DNA of 61,551 nucleotides, filler included. It is 4 parts of 4 records of this genome, joined end to end, with 100 filler letters (N's around TTAATTAATTAA, not from the genome) between each part and the next. Parts side by side here need not be neighbours in the genome. Positions count along the whole stretch, not along the records: positions 1 to 6,943 come from SRR20825019_921; positions 7,044 to 22,269 come from SRR20825019_924; 2 more parts are not named here. One strand, 5' to 3'. The position numbers and the translations under genes are program-made. This document shows, piece after piece, positions 1-8,023 of the stretch (its first letter is position 1; the number at the start of each line of letters is the position of its first letter). Under the pieces are notes generated by a model, which worked only from the letters and a program-made list of their open reading frames with translations, ran no database searches and was not told the origin of the DNA.

Positions 1-149
1 TCCGTACGCACATCAACCAATTGGATGTTATCATTTGAAATGGCTTCATTAAACTCTGAAGATGATAGGATTTCTATAGTATTATTTTGTTACGCCTTTG
101 CGCCGAATAGACTGCTCATAATTATTATGATTAATAGGATTTTATTCAT
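1..149 (-). pseudogene. Rhodanese-like secreted protein, 5' part, with in-frame TAA at codon 20; truncated by window edge
   Basis: Manual translation from ATG at 149: MNKILLIIIIMSSLFGAKA*QNNTIEILSSSEFNEAISNDNIQLVDVRT. Signal peptide plus rhodanese LVDVRT motif; stop at 92-90. Confidence 0.75.
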
Positions 150-193
150 TGTTTCACTCTCTACCAATTTAAGGATGTAACTATAAGAAGTTA

Positions 194-207
194 GTAACCT
201 ATGTTAC
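194..207. promoter_or_regulatory. GTAAC-N4-GTTAC palindrome (putative Crp/Fnr box 1)
   Basis: GTAACctatGTTAC; minus-strand -7-like TAAATTGG at 171-164, 22 nt away. Confidence 0.75.
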
Positions 208-215
208 AGTAATAC

Positions 216-246
216 AAAAAAAAGCGACGATTACTCGCCGCTTTTT
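216..246 (-). terminator. Rho-independent terminator after peroxiredoxin
   Basis: Minus strand GCGGCGA-gtaa-TCGTCGC followed by a T8 run. Confidence 0.8.
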
Positions 247-282
247 CACTAACCAACCTTAACTAAAAACTAATTTTGTTGA

Positions 283-945
283 TTACAATGATTTTTTGGC
301 GAGATAGAAATCTACTTTCTCACAGCTATCATCTGCAATTCTTGCATTCATTTCATCCAATGTTTTTGGCGGTGGCACGATAACCTTATCACCCTTTTTC
401 CAATCTAATGGCATTGCGACCTTATGTTCATCTGAAACCTGTAAGGCTTCCAGTGCTCTCAAAATCTCATCCATATTTCTACCTACGTTTAGCGGGTAGT
501 ACATTATCAAGCGTATTTTCTTTTTTGGGTCTATAAAGAAAACAGCGCGTACGGCTGCGGTTTCGCTCTCATTGGGTTGTAGCATTCCATAGAGTTTTGA
601 CACCTTCATATCAATATCTGCAATGATTGGGAAATCAAAATAGACACCGGTTTTCTCTCTTACGTTGTTTACCCATCCCAAATGCGAGTGAATGCTGTCG
701 ATGCTTAATCCCAGCAATTCTGTATTGAGTGCGGTAAATTCATCTTTACGAACTGCAAAGCCACTCATTTCAGTTGTGCACACAGGTGTAAAATCTGCAG
801 GGTGCGAGAACATCACAATCCATTTATCTTTTGCAAATTCAGCCATTTGCATATCCCCTTTAGTTGTTTTCGCTTTAAAATCGGGTGCCTTATCGCCTAT
901 TCGAGGCATAGAAGTCACATTATTTTCAATTGTTGTATTATCCAT
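283..945 (-). CDS. Peroxiredoxin (Prx6-type, AhpC/TSA family)
   Basis: SHPADFTPVCTTE motif and YYPLNVGRNMDEILR. Likely start is the ATG at 945, since the longer ORF runs through the promoter. Confidence 0.93.
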   Translation of the reverse strand: MDNTTIENNVTSMPRIGDKAPDFKAKTTKGDMQMAEFAKDKWIVMFSHPADFTPVCTTEMSGFAVRKDEFTALNTELLGLSIDSIHSHLGWVNNVREKTGVYFDFPIIADIDMKVSKLYGMLQPNESETAAVRAVFFIDPKKKIRLIMYYPLNVGRNMDEILRALEALQVSDEHKVAMPLDWKKGDKVIVPPPKTLDEMNARIADDSCEKVDFYLAKKSL

Positions 946-999
946 AGTGCTTATGTTTATATTGTGATATAAAAATATGGATACCCCTAACCAATGACG

Positions 1000-1013
1000 G
1001 TAACAAGCGTTAC
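1000..1013. promoter_or_regulatory. GTAAC-N4-GTTAC palindrome (box 2), between divergent genes
   Basis: GTAACaagcGTTAC; TATTTTTA (minus, 977-970) and TATCTTGC (plus, 1036-1043), each 22 nt away. Confidence 0.8.
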
Positions 1014-1066
1014 ACAAAGAAGGAATAATTTTAGATATCTTGCAGAAACATTAAATCAAGGATTTT

Positions 1067-1660
1067 ATGGATTACAAAACCACTTTTGACGCATTGGGAA
1101 ACGTTGATATTTATGTAATCGACCAAATTTTAAAAGGTCAATATCAAAATGGGCAATCTATCTTAGATGCTGGTTGTGGAAAAGGGCGAAACCTGAAGTG
1201 GTTTTATCAAAACGATTATGAGATATTTGGAATAGATGCAGATGCAGAATTTCTCTCTTTTGCGAAAGCGCAATACCCAAAAACGGAAGGCAATTTTATC
1301 ACAGGAACATTAGATGATTTGCCTTACGACGAAAACAGTTTTGACCACATTTTATGTTGTGCTGTATTGCATTTCGCAGAAAGTGGAACCCATTTTACGG
1401 CTATGTTTTCAGAATTAATCCGCGTGCTGAAACCTGATGGAATGCTGCTCATTAGGATGGCATCAAATATAGGTTTGGATGGCAATGCCCCTGAAATTAT
1501 CTTCAAAGACAATGGAAAAAAAGGCAACTACTATCTCACTCGCGAACGTATTGCTGATTTAATAACTGAATTTAATATTGAGTTGATAGAACCTATTAAA
1601 ACAACCAATGTTAAAGATGAACGAGCGATGACCACGCTGGTGCTTCAGAAAATGTTTTGA
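1067..1660 (+). CDS. Class I SAM-dependent methyltransferase
   Basis: ILDAGCGKGRN motif I, FDHILCCAVLHF, RVLKPDG. Confidence 0.9.
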   Translation: MDYKTTFDALGNVDIYVIDQILKGQYQNGQSILDAGCGKGRNLKWFYQNDYEIFGIDADAEFLSFAKAQYPKTEGNFITGTLDDLPYDENSFDHILCCAVLHFAESGTHFTAMFSELIRVLKPDGMLLIRMASNIGLDGNAPEIIFKDNGKKGNYYLTRERIADLITEFNIELIEPIKTTNVKDERAMTTLVLQKMF

Positions 1661-1661
1661 T

Positions 1662-2284
1662 TCATTTCTTTTTGAAGCTACAAAAAAGAAAGTTTTGTAA
1701 CTTATTAAATGGTGTTATATGATTATTATTTAAGCAAGTGATTTTTTCAAAATCATCGCTAAAAAACTCTTTAAGCTCCTGCTCACAATACTGTTTAATT
1801 TTTAGTCCGCTGCATTTTTCCGGTCCATCTTTCGAAAATGTTCCAATTATTAAATGATGGGTAACATATCTTTTTACAAGTTGTAAATATTTATCGCGCT
1901 CTTGTGTTGATGTAAGAAAATGAAAAGTCGCTCTATCGTGCCAAACATCATACGTTTCTGTAGGTTTAAAATCGATAATATCACTGTTATCCATTTGATT
2001 TTTTTGGATTTATCCCTAAGCCTAGCCTTTGCTTTTTCCAAAGCTTTGGCTGAAATATCAAGAATGGTTATATCACTATATCCTTCCAGAAGTAAATAGT
2101 CTACCAACTTACTGTCTCCACCACCTACATCAATTATTTTAGCATCTTTATCTAACATAAAAGAATCTAAAAAATCCAATGATGTTATGGGCTTTTCTTG
2201 GGTCCAACTTACTTGGTCGGGATTTTTGGTTTCATACACTTTTTCCCAATGTTGTTTGCGATCTATTTCCTTTGTACTGTTCAT
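1662..2284 (-). pseudogene. Class I SAM-dependent methyltransferase split by a 1-nt frameshift near 1985
   Basis: The N-half (HWEKVY, IIDVGGGDS, ...KIKWIT) and C-half (SDIIDFKP, DVWHDRATFHFL, GPEKCSGL) are in different overlapping frames. Confidence 0.8.
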
Positions 2285-2310
2285 TTTTGTCTTTTCTTTG
2301 AAGATGATAT

Positions 2311-3729
2311 TTATTTCAATGTTGATGGACACACATATTCTGTAGTTTCAACGCCTGCATCTTTTATGGCAGTAAAGCCACCTTGGATATCAATTAAATT
2401 ATGGATGCCACGGCTTTTTAAAATAGAGGCCGCAATCATACTTCGATAGCCTCCAGCACAATGCACATAAAAGGTTTCGTTTTTCGGATATTCTGCCAAA
2501 TGGTCGTTTATAGTTGATAAAGATGTATTGTTTGCGTTGAGCACGTGTTCGCTTTGAAACTCGGAAGGCTTTCTTACATCAAATACTGGAACATCATTCC
2601 GAGTATCATCTTCAATTTGTTTGAATTCACTTGCGGGAATGGAAGTGACTGTATCATATTCCTTTGCAGATTTTTTCCAAGCTTCAAAACCACCCTCTAA
2701 ATATCCAATGGTATTATCAAACCCGACACGCGATAATCTTGTGATGGTTTCTTCGATACGGTCTTTATCGGCAATCAACAAGATGGGTTGCTTTACATCT
2801 TTTATCAAATCGCCCACCCAAGGTGCAAAGCTTCCGTCAATACCTATAAAAATTGACCCTGGAATATGCCCTTTTGCAAAATCGTTTTGGTGCCTTACAT
2901 CCAGCACCACAGCTCCTGTTTCGTTGGCTACGGCTTCAAAAACATCTGGTGCTAGCGCATTTTCGCCTTGAGCGATAACTTCGTTTATATTTTTATAACC
3001 TTCTTTGTTCATTTTTACATTCATAGGGAAATATGCTGGTGGCGGTAACAACCCATCAGTCACTTCCCTTACAAACTCTTCCTTGGTCATATCAGCACGT
3101 AAGGCATAGTTCATTTCTTTTTGGTGTCCCAAAGTATCGACAGTTTCCTTCATCATATTTTTACCACAGGCTGAACCTGCACCGTGAGCCGGATATACCA
3201 TTATATCATCTGCAAGCGGCATAATTTTATTACGAAGGCTATCGTATAGCGTTTCTGCAAGTTGCTCTTGGGTCATATATGCAGCCTTTTGTGCCAGGTC
3301 TGGTCGTCCTACATCTCCAAGAAATAATGTATCACCTGTAAACAAGGCGTGATTTTTCCCATCTTTATCCCTCAATAAATAAGTGGTACTTTCCATTGTG
3401 TGTCCTGGTGTGTGAAGCACGATAAATGTCAGTTCGCCCAGTTTGAATTCCTGTCCATCTTTTGCTGTAGTGGCTTCAAAATTTGGATTTGCTTTTGGCC
3501 CATAAATGATAGTTGCATCGGTTTTTTCTGAAAGGGTAACGTGTCCCGAGACAAAATCAGCGTGAAAGTGGGTTTCAAAAATATATTTGATTTTTGCACC
3601 AGCCGCTTCAGCTTTGTCTATGTAAGGTTGCACTTCGCGCAATGGGTCAATAATAGCCACTTCTCCCTTGCTTTCAATATAATAGGCACCTTGTGCCAAA
3701 CACCCTGTGTAAATCTGTTCTATTTTCAT
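2311..3729 (-). CDS. MBL-fold metallo-hydrolase / persulfide dioxygenase-like fused to two rhodanese domains
   Basis: ETHFHADFVSGH, HTPGHT, FTGDTLF, PAHGAGSACGK; C-terminal VHCAGGYRS rhodanese active loop. Confidence 0.92.
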   Translation of the reverse strand: MKIEQIYTGCLAQGAYYIESKGEVAIIDPLREVQPYIDKAEAAGAKIKYIFETHFHADFVSGHVTLSEKTDATIIYGPKANPNFEATTAKDGQEFKLGELTFIVLHTPGHTMESTTYLLRDKDGKNHALFTGDTLFLGDVGRPDLAQKAAYMTQEQLAETLYDSLRNKIMPLADDIMVYPAHGAGSACGKNMMKETVDTLGHQKEMNYALRADMTKEEFVREVTDGLLPPPAYFPMNVKMNKEGYKNINEVIAQGENALAPDVFEAVANETGAVVLDVRHQNDFAKGHIPGSIFIGIDGSFAPWVGDLIKDVKQPILLIADKDRIEETITRLSRVGFDNTIGYLEGGFEAWKKSAKEYDTVTSIPASEFKQIEDDTRNDVPVFDVRKPSEFQSEHVLNANNTSLSTINDHLAEYPKNETFYVHCAGGYRSMIAASILKSRGIHNLIDIQGGFTAIKDAGVETTEYVCPSTLK

Positions 3730-3848
3730 AATTTTTATGTTTTAAGTTATCGCTATTTTAAATTATGCTTTCGCAATTCAACTGCATTAAACATAAACTT
3801 GAGCGGGAATTATAGATTTAAAATTATAAGAGATTTTTCTGTTTGTCA

Positions 3849-3862
3849 GTAACCATTGTTAC
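3849..3862. promoter_or_regulatory. GTAAC-N4-GTTAC palindrome (box 3)
   Basis: GTAACcattGTTAC; minus-strand TAATTTTA at 3826-3819, 22 nt away. Confidence 0.75.
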
Positions 3863-3863
3863 G

Positions 3864-4739
3864 CTACTTATCTTTTTTGAAGGGATACTTCATTTGTTTT
3901 ATAAAAGTATTAGGAAAGTTAGCGTCATCTTCAAACCCCAATTCGATATCACGGCCACTGTCAGGAACGTATGCAGTCCCGAACAGGTAATCCCAAATAC
4001 TCAAGGTAAGCCCAAAGTTCATTCCGTAAGGGCGTTCAGCTGGTAATGCTTTGGCGTGATGCCAAATATGCATTCGAGGATTGTTGAATATATAACCAAA
4101 TTTCCCATAGCTCCAGTCGAGATTTGCGTGATTAAGATGCCCAACAAAAACAGTAAACATATGTACAACAAAAAATTGTTCAATACCAAAACCTATCATT
4201 GCCAAAGGAATGTATTGAATGGATTTATATACGATAGTTTCCAAAAAATGAAATCGAAATTGAGCAGCAAAACCCATTTCCTTTACGCTGTGGTGCACTT
4301 TATGGAATTTCCACATCCACGGAACCCGATGCAGCATTCTGTGCACATTCCATTGCACAAAATCTGCTACTATGAACATAATAAAAAGCTGCATCCATAC
4401 AGGAAAATCCTGTACTTCTACTGCAACAATATTTTTGATGCCAAATATGCCCAAGCAGTCATTAAATAATTCGACCCCTACATTTGAAAGAGCGTTGTAA
4501 CCAATTAATGAAAACAGGAAAAAATTAAAGAGGATGTAAAAAGTATCGAGCCAAAACCCTTTTCTAATGACTGACTGTTTCTTACGCCAAGGAACGATGA
4601 TTTCAAATAAAAACACAAGAATAGAAAGACCTAATAACCAATAAAAATAATTAGTCCAAGAGGGATTGGAAATTTCCTTAATTAGGTAATTGAAGTAACC
4701 TGAAAAAGAACGCTCTATTATGTCAATGTATTTCCCCAT
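3864..4739 (-). CDS. Sterol desaturase / fatty acid hydroxylase family membrane protein
   Basis: His boxes HRMLH, HKVHH, HLNH, HIWHH; NFGLTLSIWDYLFGT. Confidence 0.9.
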   Translation of the reverse strand: MGKYIDIIERSFSGYFNYLIKEISNPSWTNYFYWLLGLSILVFLFEIIVPWRKKQSVIRKGFWLDTFYILFNFFLFSLIGYNALSNVGVELFNDCLGIFGIKNIVAVEVQDFPVWMQLFIMFIVADFVQWNVHRMLHRVPWMWKFHKVHHSVKEMGFAAQFRFHFLETIVYKSIQYIPLAMIGFGIEQFFVVHMFTVFVGHLNHANLDWSYGKFGYIFNNPRMHIWHHAKALPAERPYGMNFGLTLSIWDYLFGTAYVPDSGRDIELGFEDDANFPNTFIKQMKYPFKKDK

Positions 4740-4741
4740 TG

Positions 4742-5548
4742 CTATTGATTGGAAATTTCCTTGTATATAATATAAATTCCCATTAGAAGCACAAACCAGC
4801 CAAATGCCTTTTTAAGTTTTTTACCATCTATAAATTTATTAAGCCAAATGCCTATAAATATACCCACTACTGATATTGAAGTAAATAGCAGCAAAAACAA
4901 CCAGTCTATATCATAGTTTTGTACATCTCCCAAAAATCCTATCAATGAATTAATAGCAATTATAAAAAGAGAGGTGGCCACCGCTTTTTTCATCGGTAAT
5001 TTGGCCAAAAGGACCAATGCCGGAATAATTAAAAACCCACCTCCTGCGCCAACCATTCCAGTTACAATTCCAATGAAAAAACCCTGCACCATCAACAAGA
5101 GGTGATTAGATTTTTTTTCAACTATTTCGGTATTAAGTTGCCGATTTCCATTGCGAATCATAGTAATGGATGCCAAAAGCATTATAATGGCAAAAAATAG
5201 CATAATAGCCAAATTTTTTGTGACCATAAAATCATTAACTTCAAAAAGTCGTTCTGGAATTACAGGGATTAAATAAGCTCTTGTTAAATATACAGCTGTA
5301 AAAGCGGGAACGGCAAAAATGATAGCGGTTTTGAAATCTACCTTACCCTTCATCATATTTTTAAGTGCTCCTACGAGTGAAGTTGTACCCACTACAAATA
5401 ATGAGTATGCTGTAGCAATTACTGGATTAAATGATAAGGCATAAACCAAAATGGGCACAGTTAAGATTGAACCACCACCACCTATCAATCCTAACACAAT
5501 CCCAATAAATAGCGCACCTGCATAACCGAAAATTTCTATAATGTCCAT
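4742..5548 (-). CDS. Sulfite exporter TauE/SafE family protein
   Basis: GLIGGGGSILTVP and GMVGAGGGFLIIP repeats; about 8 TM segments. Confidence 0.9.
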   Translation of the reverse strand: MDIIEIFGYAGALFIGIVLGLIGGGGSILTVPILVYALSFNPVIATAYSLFVVGTTSLVGALKNMMKGKVDFKTAIIFAVPAFTAVYLTRAYLIPVIPERLFEVNDFMVTKNLAIMLFFAIIMLLASITMIRNGNRQLNTEIVEKKSNHLLLMVQGFFIGIVTGMVGAGGGFLIIPALVLLAKLPMKKAVATSLFIIAINSLIGFLGDVQNYDIDWLFLLLFTSISVVGIFIGIWLNKFIDGKKLKKAFGWFVLLMGIYIIYKEISNQ

Positions 5549-5549
5549 T

Positions 5550-5570
5550 TATCTATCTATCTATCTATCT
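5550..5570. repeat. (TATC)5 tetranucleotide microsatellite immediately upstream of the TauE start
   Basis: tatctatctatctatctatct. Confidence 0.85.
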
Positions 5571-5610
5571 AATGATAGAACAAATGTAAAGGGCATATTA
5601 AACAAGTTTG

Positions 5611-5624
5611 GTAACCGATGTTAC
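5611..5624. promoter_or_regulatory. GTAAC-N4-GTTAC palindrome (box 4), overlapping the Crp/Fnr stop codon
   Basis: GTAACcgatGTTAC; perfect TAnnTTTG (TACATTTG, minus 5588-5581) 22 nt away. Confidence 0.82.
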
Positions 5625-6247
5625 AGGACTTCAATAAAACTACGGTGTAATTTTATTTTTTTACTGATTTCCATTTTTTTGAGTAGTCTAGAAACTACGA
5701 CACGGCTAGTATGTAAATCTGAAGCAATTTCCTTATGGGTTGTATAGATATGCTTACTGTTAATTAGGACAATTTTATTTTGAATATAGTTTTCCAAACG
5801 TTCATCCATATTATTAAATGCAATATTATCAATACTTTCAAGCATTTCCATCATACGTGCGTGATAGCTAGAAAAAACAAAGTTTCGCCAAGACTTGTAT
5901 TTGCGAGACCATTCTTCCATCATACCTACAGGGACCATTAGAAGTTTAATGTCCGTTTCAGACACAGCGTGTATTTCACTTTTGGCATTTCCGATGCAGC
6001 AACTCATTGTCATTGCACAGGTGTCACCTTTTTCAAGATGATAAAGCAACAATTCATCACCATCGCCATCAGGTCGCATAATTTTGATACTACCAGACAA
6101 TAGTAAAGGTATTGACTTTATGTATTGCCCTGGTTTCATTAAGTCTTGTCCTTCCGGAACTTCCATAAAAGTACCAACTTGGTTGATTTCTTCCAAAAGT
6201 GCAAGTTCAAATAGTGAGCCATAATATTTTTTAAGTTCTTGAATCAT
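5621..6247 (-). CDS. Crp/Fnr family transcriptional regulator
   Basis: cNMP-binding-like N-terminus with CAMTMSCC; C-terminal HTH THKEIASDLHTSRVVVSRLLKKME. Confidence 0.93.
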   Translation of the reverse strand: MIQELKKYYGSLFELALLEEINQVGTFMEVPEGQDLMKPGQYIKSIPLLLSGSIKIMRPDGDGDELLLYHLEKGDTCAMTMSCCIGNAKSEIHAVSETDIKLLMVPVGMMEEWSRKYKSWRNFVFSSYHARMMEMLESIDNIAFNNMDERLENYIQNKIVLINSKHIYTTHKEIASDLHTSRVVVSRLLKKMEISKKIKLHRSFIEVL

Positions 6248-6629
6248 CGCTTACCTTTTTGGCTATTTCTGCATTAAATTTTAAAAATAGGTGCGCCCAA
6301 ATGGATTTTGAAACTGCTCCTATGTAGGGCATTGTAATAAGCAACGCGGCGACAATACTTAGCATTATTCCTGTTGGACCGAAATCCAAACCAAATATGA
6401 GCGTAAGCACATAAGCTGCCACAGCCACCGCAATACCAACGCCATAAGAAACATACATAGACCCGGTATAAAAGCTTGGTTCTATATGATATTTTAACTT
6501 ACATTTTGGACAGCATTCCCTTACTTTATTCACATTTGAAAGTCTATAAGGATGTCCCTCCAGAAATTCCCCTTGACGGCACTGTGGACATTTTAGGAAT
6601 AAGATGCTATATAATTTTGTCTTCTTCAA
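6231..6629 (-). CDS. DUF983-like membrane protein with CxxC pairs
   Basis: KCPQCRQG, CCPKC, EPSFYTGSMYVSY, two TM helices; TTG start. Confidence 0.8.
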   Translation of the reverse strand: MKKTKLYSILFLKCPQCRQGEFLEGHPYRLSNVNKVRECCPKCKLKYHIEPSFYTGSMYVSYGVGIAVAVAAYVLTLIFGLDFGPTGIMLSIVAALLITMPYIGAVSKSIWAHLFLKFNAEIAKKVSDDSRT

Positions 6630-6683
6630 TTGAAAGCCTACCTAAATTTTAGGCAAAAATACAAGGAATTGATTTGATTTTCG

Positions 6684-6697
6684 GTAACAGATGTTAC
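6684..6697. promoter_or_regulatory. GTAAC-N4-GTTAC palindrome (box 5) flanked by a 10-bp inverted repeat
   Basis: GTAACagatGTTAC; TATTTTTG (minus 6661-6654) 22 nt away; ATTTGATTTT (6672-6681) / AAAATCAAAT (6701-6710). Confidence 0.82.
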
Positions 6698-6943
6698 ATA
6701 AAAATCAAATGAGAAAAATAATATTCTGATTATTTGGATTTTTAAATATCTACTTGTGGTCTTTTTAAGTTATTAAAGGATCAATGATATTTCTTTTTAA
6801 ATTTGAAATATAATATGGAATGATATTAAATGCCTTCATATTCTAAAAAAAATATTTGGGCAGCAAAAATATCAAAATGTTGTACTCGACCCTTTTTTAG
6901 GGTGGATTTAGAACAAAAAAAGCCGAAGATTTCTCTTCGACTT

Positions 6944-7043
6944 NNNNNNNNNNNNNNNNNNNNNNNNNNNNNNNNNNNNNNNNNNNNTTAATTAATTAAN
7001 NNNNNNNNNNNNNNNNNNNNNNNNNNNNNNNNNNNNNNNNNNN
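6944..7043. other. Artificial contig spacer
   Basis: 44 N + TTAATTAATTAA + 44 N; base composition changes abruptly across it. Confidence 0.98.
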
Positions 7044-7121
7044 GTTGGGGCACTTGAGCGCTATCATCGCCATTGTGGGTCCACCCACGTAGCCTGCACC
7101 CACACAGCAAATCTTCACCAT
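7044..7121 (-). CDS. UGDH: UDP-glucose 6-dehydrogenase, 5' end (eukaryotic type; truncated by contig end)
   Basis: Manual translation [33 protein letters not shown] on the minus strand at 7163-7157. Confidence 0.92.
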
Positions 7122-8023
7122 TTCAACTATGACATTCTCACTAGTGGCGACGGGCTTTTATATTTATCTCAAGGGCACGGTTAGGGGCGCCCTGTTGCTG
7201 AGAAGTTGGCCGCCGGTGGCTAGGCTGAGGGCCGGCTCCGCCACATCGGCCGGCTGCGAGCCCGACCGGCCGAGATGACGCCATGAGCGCGGCTGCTCCC
7301 ATGGCGCGGAGGCTGGGCTCGGCACCGGCAGGTCGATCCACAGGTCGGCGAGCCGGGCCGGCCCGGCGTCCCGCGGGCCGCCTTTGCCGTGCCGGGCCAA
7401 CACGGTCGGCCGGCCCCGGCCGGGCGCCCACTGGACTGCTGACCACGCACACTGACCGGGCCACGGGAGGACGTGGCGTCCGGTCGCAGGCCTCCAGGCG
7501 GTCCCGACCGGACCATCGACGACTCGTCCATGGCCGGTCACCGACTCGGACCGGACGCATCCGTTCAATGATGAGGCCGCCAGGACTCGAGTCATCAGTG
7601 ACTCCCCGGCCCGGGTACGCGTACCAACCCGCGGGTGGCGTTCGCAGTTCGACGTATCTGAATGATTCCATTCATTCATTGGTCTTAAACTGACGCGTTG
7701 AACGCCTTCACTTCCTGCAATTTTGAGACCAGGTCACCCGGCCAGCCGGGCCGCACGGTTACCTGATGGCCCCACCGTGAAACCGCTGGGCGGCGCCCCG
7801 CGCCCCCGGCCCGGTCGCCGGGCCCAGCCCGCCGTCGGCGCCCTGACTGGCCGACCGCGGTTGAGCTATTCGCCAGTGGGCGGCCGTCGGGCAACAGTTT
7901 GCCGGTTCTTCCGTGAGTCAGCGCCGTGTATAATGATATCGCTGCGAGTGGAGGCAGCCAAGACTAACTGGTCGGAGCAGTATGAGCGGCTATAAGGGCT
8001 TCGGTTCGTTCCACTCGGCCAGC

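Noticed and set aside
7141-7995. Multiple overlapping Arg/Pro/Gly-rich ORFs (also 12573-13212 and 20818-21273)
   Set aside because: Expected in very high-GC DNA; no recognisable domains; they lie in promoter-side intergenic regions
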